DNA of 64,000 nucleotides from an uncultured Gammaproteobacteria bacterium. GTDB lineage: Bacteria > Patescibacteriota > Microgenomatia > Levybacterales > UBA12049. The translations under genes and the position numbers were made by a program. Position 1 is the first letter of the stretch. Each line of letters starts with the position of its first letter. Shown here in pieces: positions 58,805 to 64,000 of the stretch. Under the pieces are notes generated by a model. It was not told where the DNA came from. It saw only the letters and a list, made by a program, of their open reading frames with translations, and did no database searches. The stretch lies in the NCBI GenBank assembly GCA_964503265.1, contig CAZCYO010000002.1, positions 2,604 to 66,603 on the forward strand, given 5' to 3'.

Positions 58805-59473
58805 TTACTGAGAATACCCCCAGGTTTCATACCACTGTCGCATCTGTGCAGTTTCTTTTGTTTGGGCTGTAATGATACGTTGGGCTAGCTCTTTCATTTC
58901 TGGACGATTAGTTCCCGTTAGAAGCATATTCGCCATCATAACTGCCATCTGGTGATGAGGTATCATTTCCTCGATAAACTTTTTATCAAAATTTGATGCC
59001 TGATCAAGTGTACTTATGTCCGTTTCATCTCCCATCATTCCCATATGTTTGAAGTTCTGATTTGTTCCTCCCATCATTCCCCGTCCCGAGGCTGATTCAT
59101 CAGTATCTTCAGGAACATCTGATCCAAACCAACTCTTATACCAGCTTTTCATTTGCGAAATTTCTTCAGTTTGAGTTTTCTTAATATTCCCAGCAAGCGT
59201 TTTTATTTCTTGGTGTTCTGCCTTTGTCAGAGCGACGTTAGCCATAGTGACAGCGTCTTCATGGTGGGCAGTCATTTCTTCAATAAAATGTTGATCTATA
59301 GCACTGCTCATCGTACCAACGTTTTTCTGAGTACTATTCTGTGAAGAGAAACCCATCCTCTGCATCATGCCAAAACGATTACCATTCACGGCTGATGTCG
59401 CGAAGTACCAAACTAACAACCCACCGAGGATTGCTCCAATTACTGCATATACTAACGGATTTTTTTGATTCAT
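58805..59473 (-). CDS. DUF305-family copper-binding protein
   Basis: Duplicated MTAHHEDAVTMA / MIPHHQMAVMMANM motifs. Confidence 0.8.
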   Translation of the reverse strand: MNQKNPLVYAVIGAILGGLLVWYFATSAVNGNRFGMMQRMGFSSQNSTQKNVGTMSSAIDQHFIEEMTAHHEDAVTMANVALTKAEHQEIKTLAGNIKKTQTEEISQMKSWYKSWFGSDVPEDTDESASGRGMMGGTNQNFKHMGMMGDETDISTLDQASNFDKKFIEEMIPHHQMAVMMANMLLTGTNRPEMKELAQRIITAQTKETAQMRQWYETWGYSQ

Positions 59474-59474
59474 A

Positions 59475-59741
59475 TTATGATTTTTTCATTCTCGTAAAAA
59501 GAGTGAGTAGCTCAGTTACTGCACGCGGATCGTCGTGTTTAAATTGGTGAGTAACATGTGTCTCTAAATGTCCTTCGAGAATGAGTGCATCGAGACTTTT
59601 CAGAGAGTTCTGAATTGCGAGGCTTTGATTTAATACATCAACACAATATTTATCTTCCGCAATCATTTTAGAGAGGCCTTCAAGTTGACCTTTAATAATA
59701 TTAATTCGTCTCGTTGATTTAGTGATAGTGGAGGATTGCAT
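59475..59741 (-). CDS. csoR: CsoR/RcnR-family metal-sensing transcriptional repressor
   Basis: 88 aa; KGQLEGLSKMI, Cys in YCVDVLNQ, His in LETHV. Confidence 0.85.
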   Translation of the reverse strand: MQSSTITKSTRRINIIKGQLEGLSKMIAEDKYCVDVLNQSLAIQNSLKSLDALILEGHLETHVTHQFKHDDPRAVTELLTLFTRMKKS

Positions 59742-59752
59742 GACTTCATAAT

Positions 59753-59769
59753 ATACCCCCTGGGGGTAT
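59753..59769. promoter_or_regulatory. putative CsoR operator: perfect GC-rich palindrome ATACCCCC-T-GGGGGTAT
   Basis: Lies 12 to 28 nt upstream of csoR ATG; CsoR operators are C/G-tract palindromes of this kind. Confidence 0.6.
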
Positions 59770-59785
59770 TTGTCAAGCGTAAAAA

Positions 59786-59806
59786 GGGAGGCTTTTAAGC
59801 CTCCCT
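59786..59806 (-). terminator. rho-independent terminator (minus strand) after gene 59805..59999
   Basis: gggaggctt-ttaa-gcctccc; on minus strand followed by TTTTT. Confidence 0.6.
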
Positions 59807-59999
59807 AGAGTTGCATCGTTAGTTGGCGAACGACAAGTGTGAGCAACGATGGATCGTACGCAGATTCCTCTCCGTTATCCCAACGAACCCTATACATAAT
59901 ATTCATACAGAATTCGTCGACTGTTGTGCCAAATACCGTTCCTAATCCTCGGTGGAAAAGGGACGTAACCCGGTCGTAGTTCTTAAACGTCTTGTGCAT
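59805..59999 (-). CDS. small hypothetical protein
   Basis: 64 aa ORF with own terminator. Confidence 0.4.
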   Translation of the reverse strand: MHKTFKNYDRVTSLFHRGLGTVFGTTVDEFCMNIMYRVRWDNGEESAYDPSLLTLVVRQLTMQL

Positions 60000-60111
60000 C
60001 TCGCCCTCCCTACATGTGTAGTTACACGATACATGATATTAATAACGGTTTGACTCAGGCGTTCTGAGTTAACCATTATTTGTGAGAGAATTATAACAGC
60101 AATAAAGAGGA

Positions 60112-60933
60112 TTACGATAATCGTTTTTGATTACCTAAAATAACAGCAAGTATTGATTCATGTTTTGGCAATTCTGAGAATCGATCGACTCCAAGTTGTC
60201 GATAAAATTCACTCGTAACCAGTGTTCTAAAAAGTGCCGCACGCAAAAGAAACTGAAACATATTTTTTTCATGTTCAATGTATGAAAATATCGTTTCATC
60301 TGCACCTTCCCAGGTGATAGCATCTACTATAAGGATCGCTAACGCATATTCTTTCGGACGCCACGTCGGAGTAAAATCGATAATTCCAGGAGGTAAGTGA
60401 TCTGCAAATAACATATTTCCTGTTATGTCTCCGTGAACAATCTGACTCTGCTTCGTGAGTGGTTGAAGATGCTTTGTAACGGTTTCTATATACGATGTCA
60501 GTCGTTTATCAGCTCGCATCGGTAGTTCATCCCATGTCATTTTCCCAGCAATAGCCCATGGGTCAGTTCTTGCATCAATAAAATCTGGTTTTGGAATATC
60601 TACTAATAATTCATTAAATCCGCGGCACACAGTAATTTTTTCTTCCCAGTGGGAAACTATATGATGTCCCTCTATAAATTCGAGTACTGCCCAGTTGTTA
60701 TGAACCCACTCATTATATTTCGATTTTTTATGTCTGGCAGTTCGAAACTGATTTTGAGGTAATGTGTTAATAAGCTCAGCACACCATGCAGTTTCTTCGA
60801 TATTCTGTGTTGGTTTTAAAACAACATCTCCAGCACGCCATGTCTGTCCTTGGCCACCTTTCAAAAGTACGGGCTCCCCAGTAATGGTAAATGCTTCAAG
60901 AACATCTTGAGGAGGTGCGATAGGGGTATTCAT
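60112..60933 (-). CDS. phosphotransferase (aminoglycoside phosphotransferase/APH-like kinase fold)
   Basis: IVHGDITGNMLFA (HGD catalytic loop) and IIDFTPTW (DFG-like). Confidence 0.7.
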   Translation of the reverse strand: MNTPIAPPQDVLEAFTITGEPVLLKGGQGQTWRAGDVVLKPTQNIEETAWCAELINTLPQNQFRTARHKKSKYNEWVHNNWAVLEFIEGHHIVSHWEEKITVCRGFNELLVDIPKPDFIDARTDPWAIAGKMTWDELPMRADKRLTSYIETVTKHLQPLTKQSQIVHGDITGNMLFADHLPPGIIDFTPTWRPKEYALAILIVDAITWEGADETIFSYIEHEKNMFQFLLRAALFRTLVTSEFYRQLGVDRFSELPKHESILAVILGNQKRLS

Positions 60934-61006
60934 AATTGAAGTATATCATCAGTTAATTGCATATTGTCACCTTTACCTGAAAGCATAAATCTCATAGAAT
61001 AAGAGC

Positions 61007-61588
61007 ATGTTAGATTTAGGAGAGAAACTTCATAAAAAAGCATTACGGCTTGAGTATATTACGATCGCCTGGAATATTCTTGAAGGGCTTGTTGCTATGG
61101 TACTGGGATTTATATCCGGCTCCGTCTCGTTATTTGCGTATGGGCTCGAGTCAAGTGTTGAGGTTTTTTCATCTTCTGTCACTGTCTGGGAATTAAAAGG
61201 AACAGGGAAGGGGAGAGAGACGAAGGCACTTCGGATGATCGGTGTCGCATACCTTATTGTTTCTGTGTATATATTTATTGATGCTTCAAGAAGCCTTCTC
61301 CATAATAATCATGCGGAAGCATCACCAATTGGTATTATTTTTCTGGCCTTAACAGTACTCGTTATGATCACATTAGGAATACTCAAAAATAATGTAGGGC
61401 ACAAAATAGGAAATAATGTCGTTATCGCAGATGCAAAATTCACCCTTATCGATGGAGCACTTTCCGGTGCAGTACTCTTAGGTCTTGTGTTGAATTTGCT
61501 ATTTGGCTGGTGGTGGATTGATCCAGCACTTGCACTCTTTTTATCAGGAGCTGCGTTCCAAGAAGGACTAAAGGAAGTATTTACTTAG
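61007..61588 (+). CDS. cation-diffusion-facilitator-like transmembrane domain protein lacking the cytoplasmic C-terminal domain
   Basis: 193 aa; RLEYITIAWNILEGLVAMVLGFISGSVSLFAYGLES resembles CDF TM1-2. Confidence 0.5.
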   Translation: MLDLGEKLHKKALRLEYITIAWNILEGLVAMVLGFISGSVSLFAYGLESSVEVFSSSVTVWELKGTGKGRETKALRMIGVAYLIVSVYIFIDASRSLLHNNHAEASPIGIIFLALTVLVMITLGILKNNVGHKIGNNVVIADAKFTLIDGALSGAVLLGLVLNLLFGWWWIDPALALFLSGAAFQEGLKEVFT

Positions 61589-61592
61589 TTTT

Positions 61593-63074
61593 CTATTCCT
61601 CAAAATCAAAATTTTCTGTGTCTTCAGGCATCCAGTGTCTAACCACGTTATCTGGTAGGGAAAGTACTCTACTTGGAGTTAATCCTTTGACGAAATCTTC
61701 AGTGTGACTTACAAAAAGCATTGAGCCTTTATAGGCTTTCAGTGCTTCTAAAATAACCCGCTGTGACTGAACATCCAGATATGTCGTCGGTTCATCTAAA
61801 ATAAGGAGGTTATAGTTTTGTAGCATCAGTAGAGCAATCGCGAGACGTGTTTTTTCTCCACCTGATAGCGTACCAATTGTTTGGTAGACGCGGTGGCGAA
61901 GAAAGTTAAACTTCGACAGTACTGGTCTAATCTGACTTTCTGGAAGCCCAGATTTTTCCTCAGCTGTCTGATAAATCGTCTTTGTGAAATCAAATGTTTC
62001 AAATTCTTGAGAGTAATAGCCGATATGAAGTGTGGAGTCTTTCAAAACTTCTCCTGAATCTGGTTCTAATCTTCCCATGAGAATTTTAATAAATGTAGAT
62101 TTCCCAGCACCATTTGGACCATAAAGCGCAATTCGCTCACCTCGTCTAATTGCAAGTGAAACATCAGTTAAAATAGTATCGCCATTAAAACTTTTAGAAA
62201 CGTTTTTTGCATGAATTGGAATTTCACTCGTTCGAATAGGATCGGGAAGGGTGAATTTGATATTTCGAATCTCCTGAGGAAGTTCAGGAAGACCTTCTTG
62301 TAAACGATCAATCCTATTCTGTACATTTGCTCGAGCTCTCGCTCCTTTTTCAGAACTCATTCGAGCCATGGTGATGAGTGATTTTTTCATTCGATTAATT
62401 TCTTTTTGACTATTTTCGAATTGTTTTTTAACAGCTTCATCATTATTTTCTTTTTGAGAAACATATTTAGAATAATTACCCTTATATTCCTCGATATGCT
62501 TTGTTAACGGATTTACCGCGAGAATTTTATCGATATGAGAGTCAAGAAGGTTAATATCATGAGATATAACGATGAGTGTATTTGGATATTCGCTTAAAAA
62601 TTCCATAATCCATCTCTTTCCCTCTGTATCTAAAAAGTTAGTTGGTTCATCGAGAAGTAAAATATCTGGTTCGGCGATGATTGCTTTGAGGAGAGCCAAT
62701 TTCGTACGCTGACCGCCACTGAGTTTATTCGGTTTCTCATCAAGCTCTGCATTGACCTCAAGTGAATGGAGCATGATCATAAGTTCGTACTGTTCTTTTT
62801 TAATTTCAGGATCGATATAACTCTGCACATCATCTGCAGCTTCAAGCTCTGGATCATTTTTAATTTCTTGAGGCACATGACCTACTTTTCCGATAATCTG
62901 AAGTGTTCCGTCTGACACATGTTCTTCACCCATAAGAAGCTTAAATAGTGTCGATTTTCCAGCCCCATTTGGCCCGACAAGTCCCACCATCTCTCCTTTA
63001 AGAATCGAAAAGCTCGAGTCTTTATAGACAGGAAGTCGTGCGTACGAATATGAAATATTTTTTGCTGTAATCAT
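61593..63074 (-). CDS. ABC-F family ATPase (tandem ABC domains, no TMD)
   Basis: Two Walker A (GPNGAGKSTLFKLL, GPNGAGKSTFIKIL), two signatures (LSGGQRTKLALL, LSGGEKTRLAIA), inter-domain linker. Confidence 0.85.
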   Translation of the reverse strand: MITAKNISYSYARLPVYKDSSFSILKGEMVGLVGPNGAGKSTLFKLLMGEEHVSDGTLQIIGKVGHVPQEIKNDPELEAADDVQSYIDPEIKKEQYELMIMLHSLEVNAELDEKPNKLSGGQRTKLALLKAIIAEPDILLLDEPTNFLDTEGKRWIMEFLSEYPNTLIVISHDINLLDSHIDKILAVNPLTKHIEEYKGNYSKYVSQKENNDEAVKKQFENSQKEINRMKKSLITMARMSSEKGARARANVQNRIDRLQEGLPELPQEIRNIKFTLPDPIRTSEIPIHAKNVSKSFNGDTILTDVSLAIRRGERIALYGPNGAGKSTFIKILMGRLEPDSGEVLKDSTLHIGYYSQEFETFDFTKTIYQTAEEKSGLPESQIRPVLSKFNFLRHRVYQTIGTLSGGEKTRLAIALLMLQNYNLLILDEPTTYLDVQSQRVILEALKAYKGSMLFVSHTEDFVKGLTPSRVLSLPDNVVRHWMPEDTENFDFEE

Positions 63075-63187
63075 ATTAGCTAAAAAGTTTTGAGAGGATT
63101 GCCGAGAGTTACTTATATGTGAAGTACTGTATTAAGCCAATTTTCCCCATAACTACTGCTTTAATTATAACAGAGAGCGCATATGCG

Positions 63188-63871
63188 TTAGTGAACCCAC
63201 ATAATTGTTGAAATAATGTTCTCCATCACGTCTACTGTTATATGTGCAGTCGTAAATGCACTACTAATTGTATATAATCCTTTTTCTGTTTCTAACATTA
63301 TTTCAGAGTGATATGTATTATCCATTGCGAAATAATCTGTATACAACCCACTATATTTTGTCGCTTCTTTTCCACCTACTAAAACACTTTCAATTTTTCT
63401 TGATTCAGGAATGAATGAATTAAAGGTGCTTTTTTTAATATACTCCGCTCCACCTGTTTTAGATTTTTTCGTGTGAGTAAAATCGAAGTCGATAAGTGCT
63501 TGATTTGACCAGAATGTTATCGTAAAAGGTGTGTGAATGCCATCAGTTTTTTGTTGTGCAACCTGTGAAGAGACATCACCTATATATATTTTTTTGACTG
63601 GGTTATCATTATCTCCACTCTCTTCTCCTAAAAGAAGATCCTTTGGATATGAAAAAGATATCTCTATTTCATTATTTTTATATATTTTTTTGTCACCTGT
63701 TAGTGTGATTGATGACACTGATGAAATTGGAGTAACTGAATAAGATGGGGTACGTAATTGCTGCAAGGACTCAGTTATTGTACGAAAATAGATGTTGTAT
63801 CCAGTCATGATAAGGATACACAGAAGTGCTGTTATTATTCCAATGATAAAAATACCTTTATATTGTTTCAT
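63188..63871 (-). CDS. N-terminally anchored hypothetical protein
   Basis: 227 aa; TM IFIIGIITALLCILIMTGY. Confidence 0.45.
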   Translation of the reverse strand: MKQYKGIFIIGIITALLCILIMTGYNIYFRTITESLQQLRTPSYSVTPISSVSSITLTGDKKIYKNNEIEISFSYPKDLLLGEESGDNDNPVKKIYIGDVSSQVAQQKTDGIHTPFTITFWSNQALIDFDFTHTKKSKTGGAEYIKKSTFNSFIPESRKIESVLVGGKEATKYSGLYTDYFAMDNTYHSEIMLETEKGLYTISSAFTTAHITVDVMENIISTIMWVH

Positions 63872-64000
63872 CTAGCTGATTATACTAAATACACTCAAGA
63901 TAAACAACCTATAGGAATTATTGGGCATCAATTATGCTTTTTTAAAAAGATGTGAAGGTGTATCGTCGAAAAATTCAAAGTAGGTGAGAATTGCGCATCC

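Overview
This 64-kb window is from a low-GC (about 35% by eye), gene-dense bacterial genome. No rRNA, CRISPR array or reverse transcriptase was seen. No features were called for about 63872..64000.

Left end (1..about 10.3 kb): a probable integrative island inserted at tRNA-His. It carries a type I R-M operon (hsdR truncated by the window edge, then hsdS, hsdM), a small-gene cassette with a divergent XRE regulator, a GC-enriched hairpin-dense noncoding block at about 7.1..7.56 kb (candidate structured RNA), and a large serine recombinase. The recombinase stop codon overlaps the 3' end of an intact tRNA-His. A 5'-half pseudo-copy of that tRNA, carrying a palindromic insert, lies just upstream of it.

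Middle: core-type genes (YaaA, tRNA-Arg/Gly/Pro/Leu, UppP, DacA-like carboxypeptidase, GT2 synthase, BipA, Nth-like glycosylase, DEAD helicase, a CHASE3 histidine kinase). Unusual content here includes a 1045-aa protein of unknown function and a 2.4-kb mosaic insertion bounded by 28-bp direct repeats. The insertion holds a yaaA pseudo-fragment, a Crp regulator and a roughly 57% GC two-ORF segment. There is also a cell-surface cluster of four paralogous Asn/Thr/Gly-rich tandem-repeat secreted proteins, a sortase and an LPATG substrate. An (AATTAGA)7 heptanucleotide tract sits directly upstream of the largest of these genes.

Right third: a MacAB/HlyD-like efflux operon, a PQQ-type sugar dehydrogenase, a DUF2079-like membrane protein, a copper homeostasis cluster, an APH-like kinase and an ABC-F ATPase. 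The copper cluster comprises CsoR with a perfect palindromic operator, DUF305, a cupredoxin, an Avd-like four-helix-bundle protein, CopA, a membrane protein with a Met-rich beta domain, and CopZ. A conserved about 35-nt hairpin element (tagattccc-N7-gggaatgac) occurs at least three times.
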